Source of the DNA: Trichoplax sp. H2
Taxonomy: Eukaryota
Reading direction: 5' to 3'
DNA length: 64,000 bases
Assembly: GCA_003344405.1 (NCBI GenBank)
Contig: NOWV01000194.1
Location: 62,001-126,000, forward strand
Shown: in pieces, positions 14,700 through 29,712 of the stretch
Position numbering within the stretch: the stretch's first letter is position 1
How the letters are laid out: every line of letters begins with the position of its first letter
Made by a program: the position numbers and the translations under genes
Notes under the pieces: generated by a model
Database searches by the model: none
Told to the model about the DNA's origin: nothing
The model's input: only the letters and a program-made list of their open reading frames with translations

Positions 14700-16950
14700 T
14701 AGTTGGACTATCAAAGGTAGTTCTTGGTTCATTAATTCAGCCTGGTAGAAATTTGTATCCAATAAAACAGATTCCATGCTAAATATCGATATACTGCCAG
14801 ATTTGGCAAGTAATAAGCATTAGCATCATTAAGATTTTCCCTAATTGAATATATATTTTGCTAATTAAATAGGATAATAGCAAACTTATACATTGCACTA
14901 AAAATAAATGATTAAAAAGATCATGGACTTTAGTCATGCTATTGTGGCCACAATCATTTATATTTAGTAACATATGGGAGTATTAATTCTTTCCCTTATT
15001 TGCATGTTATGACTCCAACAATTTAAATTCTCCACAGTATGCCCATAAATTCTATCGTTGACCTTGCTAAAGGATGATTGCATTAGCTTAATATAACACT
15101 ATTCGATTTTTCAACTCTATTAGTGTACACGAAATATTTAGTATACAATTACTATACGAGCTCACAAGTATTGGGCCGTATACTACGGACAATGCATTCA
15201 TTTATTGATGTGATTACCCAAGCAAGATGACAATACGTCAAATCTGTGCCACCATGTTGGTCAAAAAATGATTTATTGGCTTATTTTAATGATTTTGAAG
15301 ATGAAATAATTCATCACTAGTTATGCAATCCTTGCAAGTGTAATAGTAACCATCACTGGTATGTAACATATACAACAAAAATGAGGAAAAATGTTAACGC
15401 GGAGTTTAAACAATTAAGCAGCGAATAGTAAAGTGAAAGTAGTAGTTCCAGTAAGATTGATAGAGCAGCATATCAAAATAAAATATATACTATCCTGTAC
15501 ATGTTCACAACTTTTTGTATTCAATGTTACGATTCCTTGTCAAAAACTGCCGGTATCATGCCTTAACACTTATAACTCCTCCAATAATCTATTAGATTCC
15601 TTCCTACTCTGTACATTTTATCTTTAGTAAGCAATATTCAGCGGCATAAATATAGCCAACAGTATCCTTCCTAATACTATAAATGCATACTATTAAAATT
15701 GGACGTGATAATCCATTCAAATGCCGATACAGAAATGAGAGATGAAATATGGCAACAGTAGCTATTTTTTGATGATCACCGATATCAATTTTCGATGTTG
15801 AGTGCGTTCTATATTCAAGGGTAAAAAGATCGATACCGGTGCTTTGCTTCTCTGTGATGATTAGGTAGGTGACTTATGGAATAAATATTTCAGATTAAGT
15901 CAATCACCTATGTCAATTACGTGATTCCTTACTATTCTATGCATATTACCATCTACTGAATTAATACGACATTGGACAACGAACAAGCAGCCTGATGATA
16001 GGGTTACTGACGATTTAATATCTACTCTGAAAGTAGGATTAATAATCCAGTTTAATACAGAGATAATAACGGCAAATGGTATTTGGCAATGGTATCTATT
16101 TCTTAGCAAGCAGCTCCATTCGATGTTAATTGTACTGCATCCGTCTAAGGATAGAACTGATAGATAGATACCGATACTTTATCATACTCACAATTACTAA
16201 GCCATATACGGTACGTAATCGATATTTCGCATTGGATTGTGTATCCATCCAGATTAGGAAACTTATAAAACTTTATGCGTTATATCTTCTACATACACAA
16301 CATCGGATAAAGAGTATACAACATAGCAGCGAATTACTGAGTATAAAATGGCCTACCATAGAAGCAAGGGTGATAGCCAAGTCGCATACGGAAATAAAAA
16401 TGATGGATGGATGATGAATTGAATATGGTAATAGCGCTTACTTTTAGCCATAAAGTATATACGATGCTAATGCACCACATACATCCAATAAAGAATTTGA
16501 AAGATAAATGCCGGTACTGTAACAATAATTAATTGAATTCGAACTTAATAAATATTTCAGATTTGATTGATTATTGAAAGCAGGATAAGATAGAACTATT
16601 GCAATCATTGTAGCCTATTAAGATATACTCTTAGAAGTCAAATTTTATTAAATGTATACAAGATCCCATAAGTCTTTATGCTCAGAAATTTTTTACGGGA
16701 TATTATAATTATGAAATACAATATTTGAAGGATTAGTGTTCGGAAATCTGCGATAAATAGTATCTTGATTAAGACTGTACTTCAGTTATTATTCTTTCGT
16801 TGTACACCCGGTAAAAACTGATCGTATAGGATATTTTAAAAGCAAACCTTGTAAATCGTGATTTTGCAGGATTTAGAGTATTGCAGAATATTGCAAAAAT
16901 ATTTATTACAGTATTTTTTCTGAATTGAAGTGACTTAATATTTACTTTAA
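14700..16950 (-). pseudogene. Possible heavily decayed LRR / LRR-GPCR relic
   Basis: Minus-strand fragments in different frames: AFNNQSNLKYLLSSNSIN (16531-16590, LRR-like), IIFISVCDLAITL (~16370-16410, TM2-like), NRYHCQIPF..VIISVLNWII (~16040-16100, DRY/TM4-like), LPNL/QYIDI (~14785). Many stops and frameshifts. Confidence 0.3.
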
Positions 16951-17828
16951 AGAAAATCGATATAAAGTTTTTACCCATTTAGCCACTGCTGAAACGAAGA
17001 CTATTTACATACACATCAATAATTTTCAGTAAAACTCTTTTTCATGAGTTTAGAAAAAACAAAAAATACCGATTTGTTTATCTGGTCCATACAGTAGTAT
17101 TTAATCATTCTTCTACAGTTTGCTTATTTTTAATTAATGTAAGCAAGTAACTGACTTTATTAATCAATCTACCTCACAAATTTTACGCTATCAAGATAGA
17201 ATTCTCTCCAATTTAAACACTGATCAAGCTAAAATTGAGATATAAAACAAAGGATATTGATTTATTTTATCGGTTCATGGTGCTCATTCTAATATATTTT
17301 ATTTATTCCTTCAGTTAATATAATCTAGAGGACTATTTCATTAATCATTCCTATAAATAATACTATCAAGTTAGAATTATGATGGCATTAACTCAGTAAG
17401 GAGACTAAAATGTCCAAAATTATTCTCTGAAGCTCATAAATTCTTACCTAACCAATTTATGACTACACGTATTATAAACAGTTTTTACACAAAATAAATA
17501 AATATTACGTTTACTTATCAAAGTAGATGCGGTATCTGCGCTATGATAGTGAATGCTTATGTTATAGTCAATGTTCAAATATAATTTTAATAAACACCAT
17601 AGATTATCGATGTTCTTGTGATGATACATTTTTAAAAACATTCTGCGATCATTGCAAGTATAATTTTACATTTATTCAAGCGTCTCTCTTTTTAAATTTT
17701 AGTTATTTACGCTATAGTAAGGCTCCAGGTTGAAAATTACTGGATATAGGTCTAAATAATCGATCTAAACATCGATAACTAACCTACTATATACGGGTTA
17801 TTATTTCTATTCGATATTTATACATTAT

Positions 17829-20800
17829 TTACATTTCGTAGTCATACATGTATTCATCTTCGCCTTCATCTACTTCGATACCATACCTTGCAGCAAGAAA
17901 GTTGACAGCTTTTTGCAAACTATTGATTGTCTCTGACATTCCATCAATTCTATTTCAAGATTATAAATCCCATGTGAGAGAGAATGATAAAAATATTTCG
18001 TAAGTAAATTTCTCAACTGCAGCTAACATCTATAATTCTTACTCTAAAGCTTCATTTTCGACTTCTCTCCGTAATAGTGTATAGTCTGAACTGTCATTTT
18101 TTTCGTTTTCGTAACTGAGACTGGAATTGTTAAGTGCTCGTTTTCTTAACGTTTGAATAACCTATAAATGATCAATAAGTAAAGTATTTCAATATACAGT
18201 ATTTTGATACGCAATAATTAACGTAGCATAATAGCGGATAGAATAAATCTGTAGACATGATGGCAATCTTTTCAAGAACGAAATGACTTTAAATTAATAG
18301 AAAAGCCAAAATATATCTCTGGTATACGATTTAAAATTATAGCACTGAATAAATATAAACTTTGGATAATGAAGCAGCGTTTTGCACCCAGTTTACTCAT
18401 AGATCAATCTATCGCTATGTTACAAATTTTTTATAGTATTATACTCTGTTAAAAATTTTAAATTGACCCATTCAGATAAATTATCAAGTAAATTAAATCA
18501 TTAGACTACGAGCTTTTACGGTGTCATTTACAAGTAAGTGTATTCTTCAATCGGTTAATTACGTTATCAATTCTTGGTCAACATCATACTTTATTAAAAA
18601 TGTTAGTATATCGATTCGGGTAAATTGTCATGCTTGGCTTATGCAGAAAGCGCTTCCGATACCAATATGGGAACGCGCTATCCAACGCTGTGGTAAAATC
18701 AACTTTTTTAGCTAGTTTCTGCATGCTGGCATGTTGTTGAACTGTTCCGATATCGCCTACAGCCAGCCCAATCTAGTAGAAATATTAATTACTTTATGTC
18801 ACGATTTTTAAAACGGTAATTTTAACCATCATATAAAGATGCGTTACCATCAAATTAACTAAGACAATATTCATAGTGATGGCAAACATAACCAAAAATA
18901 TGAGCGTTAGATTTGGATAAGGAACAGCACCACCAGTTTTAGCATTAACATAAGTATCCACGTAATCAATTTCTCCTAACATGGATATAATAACTTTGGT
19001 AATAGCAATGCCTAAATTGCTATATGATCCCTAAATAAATTTATTACAAGTTATTATGCAAAAGAGCAAGATAAATATCTGATATTATACTTAAATGGAA
19101 TAAGAGGTAATTGAAAATCAGTTTAAACAGTAGGCCACATAAATATTAATTAGTATTATTAAAATCCAAGCTAGACAAAGCTAACGTACCTGATTTCGCA
19201 GTAGCATATTAAATGCAACTGCGTAAGCTATAATAAACATAAAGACAACGATAGAGACCTTCAAGACAGTTTTAAGAACGGAAACAAACATCAAGACGTA
19301 TAAACCCATGTACTGGATTCTGTTATATAAAAGAAATTAATAATTTCAATTAAACACAATAATTATAATGTAACCTATTACTATCTGTTAAAATTATGTG
19401 AGAATGGAAATTCAAGAAATCTGCAATTGTTAACACGTACATTTTAATATCTGTTATGAAAGTAATTGAGTCATGGAATCTCAATTATTTTAAAGTCTAT
19501 GATTTCATTTTCAATATAAACAAATATATTATACCATGGACCACTACTGTATTTTACTATACCGTTATAGCCAATAAATTTACTAACATTATCTTAAAAA
19601 TATAATATAATACTACTGTTAAAGAAGTTCCTATACTTTGAATTCAATTTCTCCAACCTCATTATTCGCTGTATTTACTCTGTCTGTATAAGTGCATATT
19701 TATCATTTTTCTATCAGCATGGGTTATAAGAGCACTTGCAAATTACCTTTGTAGAAATAATATCAAATTCATCCAGGCCAAAAATATAGCGATTGTGCCT
19801 ACTTGCCATTGGAAGTCGTCAGGTTTATATCCAATAGGTTGTATGAAAACCATGGCAGAAATGTATACAGTTAATTCAAGATAGTTAACGGGATCAAGAA
19901 AGTACTTCCAATTCTGTGAGAAAAACAGCAGGGATCATAAAAATTTGATTTTAATTTTATAGTTGAAGTTAATACGAGCAAGTACTAGAGCGAACCGAAG
20001 AAGATATATGAGTGAAGAATTGAATAAATAATATTGATTCTACCGTATGCATACAAAAAATTAACCTGATGAGCAAGTTGTAAACCTTCTTTCGCTCCAC
20101 AAATAATTGTAAGTAGGAAAATTAATGTTTGGCAACTAATTAGTAATGGCCCGGCAGGTTCAGGTGTAGACTGTGTACCATTCGTTTGGACAGAAGGTCC
20201 CACTGTTGTCGATACTACACGTCCAAAATCTCTACTAGCTTGCACGACATAAACGGTCATGAAAGTGACAAATAACATGTAAAAGAACATATTGAAGTAA
20301 AGTACGAATTTTTCTCCATAATCCCTATGATCAAAAAGAAATTTGAGCATTCTATTAATAATTGAACTGTTCATGATTCTCAAATTTACGCAGCTCAATA
20401 GTAAGCGTTCTAAATGATCCCAAGAAATATGGATTGAATTACCATTTCATTCGACTATAAGATATCGTCAGAGGATGCTGCAATAACTTGACTCTATTAA
20501 ACTTAGCCATAGTCTGTCGGTAAGTGAAAGAAAAAGATTAATTGTGGGTGATTATCTTAGTTTGACTTTTAGTTAATTATTACTTCTTCGATCAATACAT
20601 AGTATATGAATGCCAATCTTACGTCTAGATGATGCAACGATGGCAAAATTTTAAAAACAGTAATATCATTCCCGTGATCAGTCTGAAATCTTACCGCCAT
20701 AGCGAAAAATTCTATTCCGGTACTCATTTCTTCCGGTGTTGATTCCATATAACTAAAATTGAAAGCCACCTTCATGTCGCCAATATCCATATTTCATTTC

Positions 20801-23800
20801 GAATTATCCAAAAATTTAAAAAGAAAGGAATACTTATTACTACAAAGATATCAGAAAACATGAATTACACGTACTAAATAAAAAAAACCTCGAGGTATTA
20901 TATCATGAATTAAAACTTCCGCTTCACAAATTTTGTTTTTACATCTCTATTTGTGCTATAGGCGCATATGCGGGAAATCATCTATTCAGCGATATAGGTA
21001 TACCTCTAGATAACATTAAACTATGTTCAAACTATTCTATCCTTTTGAGTGCAATGCAAGCGCAAAATAAAGTAAATCTCTAGTCATTACCGAATAATCA
21101 AAATTTTCTCTGCTGTGATGAGATTCTTCAATACATTTATCTAGAACTTCCTAAAAATACAAAACTTATTGATTAATTACTACCACATATAGATTGAAAA
21201 GAAAAGATGATCGTGAACAGTAGTTATTTAATGCATTAATTATTTGGACAAGAAAATATTCAAAATACTGTAAAGTATCCAAATCTTTGTATTTGCTATT
21301 AATATTCTTACCTCAGCAACTGTAGGCATCTTCTCAATCAGACGTTTCATGGGTGAAAATCCATCGTAAGCTTTGATATCCATGACTTTATCCCAGCTGT
21401 TTTAAATAAATGATCGATTAATATCGATACAAGCTGCTAATTCATACATCCACTTCATAGTTTACCAGAATCATTATTTCGGATGAATTAGTAAGCACAG
21501 CAATGATTAAATATAGCAGCATAATTTCTTACTATTTGCTTTGGATAATTGCCAGTCCGACACTGGAGCAGCAATTCTCAATAGCTACATCTAAGCATGT
21601 TTGATTTTCGCTATTCAGCAAGGTAACATCAGCTCCACGCTCTAATAGGACCTTAACCACATTCTCATGACCCCAAGCAGAGGCAAGATGCAGTGCAGTA
21701 TTCTAATCATCATATTACAATATTAAATCATTCTATTTCGTCGCAATTACGAAGAGAAGACCTTATATATTAATTTTAGCATTAGGTATGCAGTACATGG
21801 AAAAATTAAATCCTTTACTTACTTTATTCAGATCAGAAGCATTGATTAAAATATCGTTATCTAGAATTAATTTAATAATCTCGACATGACCATAAACTGC
21901 AGCATAGCCTAATGGCGTTTGACGGTTATCATCCCTAATGGATATAAAAACATTTCAGTAACATAGGCATGCCATATATCGGTATTATTTTCTTCATACG
22001 ATCGTTACTTCGAGAATAGCTTGTAAATTGGACCTTTCTATTACTCAAATCGTGCTTACATACTTTCACTAATAACGCAACATGTCACCATGATTCGCGA
22101 ACGTTGCTAGCTCTATTTATAGTTAGGATCTACGCTATGTTATTTCGCATGCTAAAAATCTTATGCATCCTTAGCTGAAATTACAGGATGACTACACATG
22201 AATAAATCTTATACAGTTCTAATAAGTCTTATAGAATGATTTCATTTTAATATTTAATACCATAGAATCATTTAAATTTATTTTATAATTAAAATTATTT
22301 AATTTAACAATACCGTACATATCAATGCCTATCTTAAACATTCCATATGAAATTATAAATCTTAACCGGAAAGAATTTTTAAAGCAATATGTTGATAATT
22401 GACAGCTTGTATTATTCATATTAACCTACCTGCAATCTAAATTACTTCCTTGCTTGAGAAAATAGAGAACAATATCTTTATGGCCCCCGATCACTGCAAA
22501 ATGCAATGGTGTTCGACCTCGCTTATTTTGAGAATTGATTAGTTTAGGAGCCATTTCACAAATGACTTGAACACACTGAATTCGACCGCTACGAGCAGCC
22601 AAGTGTAATGGTGTATTTTCATCACGATCAAATTGCTCCACTTGAGCACCATTTGCTAGTAGTAGACGAATAGCCTAAAGCAATTAAACCAAAATGAACT
22701 CTTATCCCTTTAATATGAAATTAGAGGATTGTATCAATCTACTCATCCTGCGATCGTTGCCAGCTATTCTGTCCACTCTACCTGAATATAGCCACGTTGC
22801 GCTGCGATAAATAAAGCTGTTTGGCATAGATCGTCCTCACAGTTGATAAGTTCTTGTCCACTATTCTATAGTATGTAGATCATTAATTTTATACAATTAC
22901 TTGTCTCATGTCGACAATGTCATTTTTAGTCATGGTATTGAACAGCCATTCAATTATTTCTAATGTCTGATTATCACCAATTGTAAGTATAGACATATTT
23001 CATAAACTAATAGCTATAGAATAATGGCTAGATGACAAGAGTCTATTTAAAATCAAACATGTAGAGTTACTTATATATAAATAATACCATGATGAATGAA
23101 TTAACATTAAACTAACAATTTTAGTGAGTTGTAGAAAGCAAATGATATACTTTTAATTTTGTAAATGTATCCTAGTTTGAATTAAAGGACACTGAATAAT
23201 TTAAAATGCATCTTGACTTATAATCTATTGGATAATATACCGGCCACAAGTAATTACCTCCAGTAAGATTTTAATCGTTCCAACATGATCATGATCAGCA
23301 GCCCAATGTAAGCATGTTTTACCGTCTTTATCACGAATATCTAAACGAGCACCATGTTGCAGTAGGCAATCCACGGCTTCGGTATGGCCTTTCCATGAAG
23401 CACATAGAACTGGAGTAAAATGGTCACCATCTCTCATGTTAATTTTGGCGTGCTAGTTAGTCATCAGTAGGAATAAACATTTAATCAATGATGATTACTC
23501 ATTCCTAAATAGTAACAATTTGGTATTACAGCGACTATTTATTTTTTTCTCATTAGTAAAAAACTAAGGATGAAAATCTGCTCAATATTACTTCTTTTAT
23601 AAAATAGATCACGAGTAAACATGCGGCCAGCCGTTATTTTCCCTTATTTTCACATAACTCATATTAGACAACCTACGTTTAACGTTCGATGCAAAATCGA
23701 GCCACTAAATTACCTTTTTAATTAAGAATTTGATGAAATCCACGCGATTGTATAAAGCAGCTCGATGTAGCGGTGTCATATGATTAACATCGCGAATATT

Positions 23801-26800
23801 CAATCGGCAACCATGCCCGGCTAAGATTTGTCCAATATTAATATAGCCTTTAATAGCAGCAATATGCATCGGAGTATATAAATTTTTCTACAGAGAAAGA
23901 CATATGTTATAATTTCAATATTAATTCGGAATTCTCCGATTAAAATGGAAAGAAGGCAATGATGAAAGTAGAATCAGCTGCTATGAATATCTGCGCTGTG
24001 AATAATTGTTAGCTATATTAGAGAAACGGTGATATTTTACAATATTAATAGATGAATACGATTAAGTACAAAGTATATCTTAAACCAATTGTAATTAACG
24101 AGATCATGAATATATTCTATATTGTCATAACATATCTTAAAGCTGAATAAACATGGTACTCGGTTAAGAATTAAATCAGTATCGACGTCTCTTAGGATTG
24201 CAAGTTGAGTTTCTCCAATTTCTAAGGCTAATGCAATACACTGTTTCACTAAGGATCTTCGCAACAGGATCTGATCACAATTTCCACTATTGAGAATGTT
24301 CGAAAACTACGTTACTATACCCGCTGAGCATTCACTTCAGCCCCATGATCAAGGCACAATTTAGTTGCTTCGGAATGGCCATTCTGAACGGCTAGATGTA
24401 GAGCAGTTTCACCTTCGTTATCCACACTATTAACAAATGATTTAATGTTAATTTCTCGGCTTCTCACTGAAAGAAGAATAAAAAGAAGAATAATAAACAG
24501 AAAGAGTTAATCTGCATGGTTAAAGATGTCAATACGCTTAAACCAGTCGTTAAGTCATATCATATACCTGCTTGCAGGATTACTTCCATCACTCTGATGT
24601 TACCTTTAGCCGCTGCAAGATGATACGCTGTTGTTCCATCTAGCGCTTGCCTCATTGGATCAGCTCCTGATGCTAACTAATGTAACATAGAATCTTGCTG
24701 TTTATGAAAGTCGATCGTGTAGCCTTCTACTAGAGTTATTGCAATACCAGTTAATCATAAGGACATGAAAATAAGAACTTACGAATAGCTCACAAATAGT
24801 TGACCGACCAAATTTTGCTGTATGATGTAGTAAAGTTAAACCATTGCGTTCAACACGATGCATTAATAGATTTGCTTGAGTTGGCTTTTCTAGAAGTAAA
24901 GTCTAGCAGGTGGATAACATCAATCAAAAACTATTACTAATTAAGCTAAGATATCGAAGCGAAAGAATTCAAAATACATCAATTGCATAAGTTAACACTA
25001 AAAAATAAGTGCTAACTTGCGCTCTTTTATTACTGTAAAGCTTCGCCAAAAGTATCAAGACAATATTTTATACCAGATTTTAAGTTTAGCAGATGGAAAT
25101 GCTTGAAGCTTGTACATTGTGAAATGAAAGCTGCCAATTTATAGTTTTTTAGTACTGTAAAGCTTAGGCAAAAATATGAAGACAAAATTTATACTAAATT
25201 TTTAGTTCATCATAGGCAAATACCGGAAACTTATACATTGCAAAATGATAGCTGGCAGCTAATGCTAGCTTGTGCACGTTTTTTGTGAAGCCAAACAGAT
25301 AGCTTTCGGTTAAATTTCACATCAAATTTATGCTTGAAAAATACGCATGGTTAAACAAATAAGCGGCATAAAACAAAGTCAAAAGATGAAAGCGAGCTTG
25401 TATTGGATATTCTAACAGTAAAGCTCAGCAGATAGTACCATGTACTTCTAAGCATTATAGAAAGAAATCCTTTTAATCGCGCCTGTAGCTAGTTGTGCTA
25501 ATTATATGGTAGGTTTGCACTGTTAAATCTTCTACTTTAATGTAGCTTTCCCACTAAATTATTTTATTCTCACAATATAATCTTTCTAGCTTTTTCTTTA
25601 GTACTGATGAGTATAATTGGGCTTATATTAAAGCCAAAGAATGCAAAAATGTATAATAGCGAAAAGAAACTGCAACAGATCTATCCTCAATTTTTGTATC
25701 GTAAAGGCGTACGAGAACAAAACCTTAGCTTACAGAATTAAAACATGTTTGTATACGTTTATAATCACATTGATTCTACGATCGTATTCTCCACTAGACT
25801 ACTTTAGCAAAGCTATGTGGATAGAGTCCATCCATTTGTACACAGAAGAGCAATTACATTGAAAGCTTGGTTATGATACTTTGTCATATTGCGATTAAAG
25901 GTACTTAATTACAAGTTTTGCTAATAATTTTCCAAGCTAAAGATTCATTTCCTAGTGTTATTATTAACTGAAATAAGAATTCTACCTCCACACTCTCGCG
26001 ATGGCCATATTTTATAGCCAAATGCATGGCAGTGCATCCACTTAAATCTTCAATAGAGCTATCGGCATGATGGGCTAATAGCGTTTTTAGACAAATGGAA
26101 TTTTTCATGGCAGTAAAATGTAATGGTGTTTGACCGAATTCTCCACGAACATTAACATCTAAATCAATTAATATGAGCAAAAATACTTAGTATATTTGTC
26201 TTTGTAGCCAGAGTCTTTAGCAGACTATGTCTAGTACATAAAATCTTTTGCTTTATTTTGCACAACATTACAATATCGATTTTATATCCTTTTACCTCTA
26301 GTTTGAGATATTACAGAGATACTCAAAAGGACTTTTGCACACTATCATATCAAATTTTGCCTTTATTTTATTTATTTTTTTGTGATCGTTATAAATACGC
26401 TAGAATTTACTTTAGTGCAGCAATGTAACACTGTTGATTTCGGACATTTTCTCTCTACTGTATGTCTTATAATTTCCATAGTAGATTAAGACACACTTCT
26501 ATATGCTATGATAATATTAGTTTCATGCATTTTTTGCCTATACTTTGTGATAGCTGTAGATCGGTGAAAAGCTATTTTTACTTTTCATCACAATATTGGT
26601 TTATATGCTTTTACCTCTACTTTGAGATAGCTACAGAGACTAAATCGGATTTTTGCACTCTACCATATACAATTTTACCTCTACCTTTTTTTACTTATGT
26701 GATCGTTATAGATACACTAGAATGTACTTTTATGCAATGTTGCAGTATCAATTTTGTGCATTTTGCGTTCTATATTATGTGGTAGCTACAGTAGACTACG

Positions 26801-27688
26801 ATATACTTCAATACATCATCCTACTGTTCGCAATAGATATAGGAAAACTAAAATCTTGACCAATTATAGTTATTTCTTTAGTATAGTTTATAAAAATTTT
26901 TAGGACAGTACCACAACTATGATTCCATACATACAGTACTGCAGAATTTGTTGCGTTAACGTGCATAGGCATAAAATGCAATTTATAATGAGAAATTAAA
27001 GAAGATTAAGATCAAGAGCTAGATCTTGTTGTATCTAAATAATATAACAGAATTGAATCGATGGTGGAACATGATTCTGGTAATGATCACATTGTTTTGT
27101 ATCCCTACTGTAACGCAATTTAAACTAATGCTTTTGCCACATTTAAGAAGGAATCAATGCTAATTCTTACCTGCACCAATTTCAATTAAGTATTTAACGA
27201 TATCAACATGATCACCCAAGACAGCATAATGTAATGGAGCCATCTCATACTCATCTAATCTATTAATATCATGATGATTCTTGCGATCGGATAAAATATG
27301 TCTTAATATGCCGGCAACACCTTCTTTAGCAGCCTTCAAGATCATAACAAGCTTAAAATTAGCTAGGGATACAGATATGGCAATATTGAGTTTTATCCCA
27401 GAAAAGTCTAGCCATCGTTCGATTAATCAAACTTACCCGATGTACACTAATGTTAATGTCAACTTCTGGTAAAGTAAAGCGCGAGCGAGCAGTAACAGCT
27501 TGGACTCGTTGTAAATCAATGGATGGTAAACGGAAATTATATCGATTGTTGATGGTAATGATTGGAGCACTTTCACTGGAAGAACTTTTGCAATCGTCAA
27601 AGTCTTCTTCATCATCTTCTTGCAAACGAATAGAAACAGGGTTCCCAACAGGATTACGATAGGATCTTCGGCTAAATATTTTAGACAT
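17829..27688 (-). CDS. TRPA1: TRPA1-like transient receptor potential channel (multi-exon; many ankyrin repeats plus 6-TM domain)
   Basis: ATG at 27688 (MSKIFSRR). Many GT-AG exons encode ankyrin repeats (MAPLHYAV, QTPLHFTA, FTPVLCAS, TCLHWAA, NTPLHLAA, RTPLHFAV, TALHLAS). TM exons at ~18850-20400; pore MLGEIDY; S6/TRP-like helix VLVNLM|IGLAVGDIGTVQQHASMQKLAKKV; last exon ends EVDEGEDEYMYDYEM* at 17829. Some junctions are approximate. Confidence 0.92.
25030..25258. repeat. Intronic tandem duplication (~122 bp x2) in the TRPA gene
   Basis: tactgtaaagcttcgccaaaagtatcaagacaa...tacattgtgaaatgaaagctg vs tactgtaaagcttaggcaaaaatatgaagacaa...tacattgcaaaatgatagctg. Confidence 0.75.
26270..26775. repeat. 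Intronic diverged duplication (~320-bp offset) in the TRPA gene
   Basis: cttttacctctagtttgagata...ttttgcacactatcatat (~26289) vs cttttacctctactttgagata...ttttgcactctaccatat (~26608). Confidence 0.75.
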
Positions 27689-29712
27689 ATTTTCTAAGTA
27701 GGCCAATACAGAATGATTTTTGTATAATAACTATTAGTAAAATAGGTCGTAGACTACTCATATGCAAAAATTGCAGAAATGGCAGCAATGATGAGTGGAA
27801 AGAGTATAAATCCAAATCTAACAAATACTGCTTCTAGCTTAGAATGCTGGTGATGTGATAGTTGGCCAATATTGCAGAATTGAACAAGATTTATATCTTT
27901 ATAAGTTATTTTGCAGGAAATGATAGATATTTCAGCTGATCGAGATGGCTTATTGAAAAACAGGTAAAGAGAAATCACTTGGAACCAAAATCAACTCTGA
28001 AATTGAATTAAAAAAAAAAATAAGGGAAAGACTTGTGTTTTAAGGTAGAATGATGAGCTATGATGATGGATCTTGCCTTGAATGGAACGCTCTGTTTGAT
28101 TCATAAACGGCAAATAAGATCTATGAGAAAAAGAACAAGCTAATTGGCACTAGATTGCAAGTAAGTTTCCGTAATCCGCTGGAAAAGAATCGGAATAAAA
28201 AAATTGAGATAAAATATCAATGAACTAAATTAAGATGATCTCGCAAGTATTTGCTTTGATGACATCAGAATGTTAAAAACACCTGTTAGCCTTTGAAGAT
28301 ACAATGTACATACGATGAAAGGATTGCCTGTAACTTCTTTTTGGAAGCCAATGCTACAAGTACCAGATGAAATGGGAGACTGCAGACTGATTGATTCGAT
28401 TTATTATTGCTGATATGCCTTAACATTCAATTTGTTATCCAAGCGAAGATGTTATTGACATAACTAGAATGAAAATAACAATTTAGCCATATGGTTAAGG
28501 GAAATAAATTGATCGATTCTTCATATAGTCGACAAGATTATTCTTAGTCTACTTGCTACTTAATCAATATTACAACATATTTTTTGACCTTGATTAGCAT
28601 AACTTTAATTATGATATTTTAGGAACGATATCGTCTAGTCAATATTAATCAAGATGATGTTCATTTGTTGACCCGATGATAGTATTGAATTAAATATAGA
28701 TTTCCAATGCAGAATCGATACAAAATGTTTATCGATATCTTGATGATAGGATGAATGAATTACTTTATTCATTACGTAAGATTTCTGTATTGAAGCACAT
28801 GGTCGATATAAATAGTGTAAAATTCCTTAAGCAGAACAGGTTCGACTTGTACTGTTTTTTTTTGTTGTATCTACTTACATAAGGATTCAGCAGGCAACCA
28901 CAAAGGTCGTTTGAAATCAATTAATATTAGTACGATTATGTTATATTGATGTTACTAAATATAGTTTTATAGAAATCGTGAAAAAATTCCAAGTAATCCT
29001 AGCTAGAACTTAAGTTATTTAATAACTATAACATGTTAACTATACCGGAGAATCGAATTCAGAGGATTTCATTAATAGCAATTACAGAAATATAAAACTA
29101 CCGACTATTCGTACACAAAATCACAACAGCGATACAAAAGCCAACTCTCCATTTCAACCTATCTTTTATGTTTATTAGAATTTTAAGCAGGATATAATAT
29201 AGCTATCATACATCGGACACAATTCTTCGATGTTTGATTATTTTTTATCCAGTGATATAGATCATGAGCATAATTAATAAATTCCATGTGCTTGTATATC
29301 TTACATTACATTGATACATGAACGTTAAAAGGACGATAGCATAAAGCCACGTATATGCGTATAGTGCTACGGTATTATAGATAACTTAAATTAAAAATTG
29401 ACAGTAATATATAACACATTACATTTAATCAGGAATTTACGACACAGCGGTAATCCATTTGCATATTGCCTATCACCAAGGTAAGTAAATTCGATAGCAA
29501 TAGAATTAACATCGATATCAACAACCATACAGTATTATCAATTCCATAATATGATCAATAAAGTTAATTTTTTAAAAAACATTTAATTGTCGCTTTCTCA
29601 GTATTATAAACAAACAAACGCAAAACAAGGAATACTAGAAGGTAATCCAATGCCGCTATGCAAAACGATAGTTCTTAATAAGATACAAGATTGTACGTCG
29701 TTGATGTTGAAA

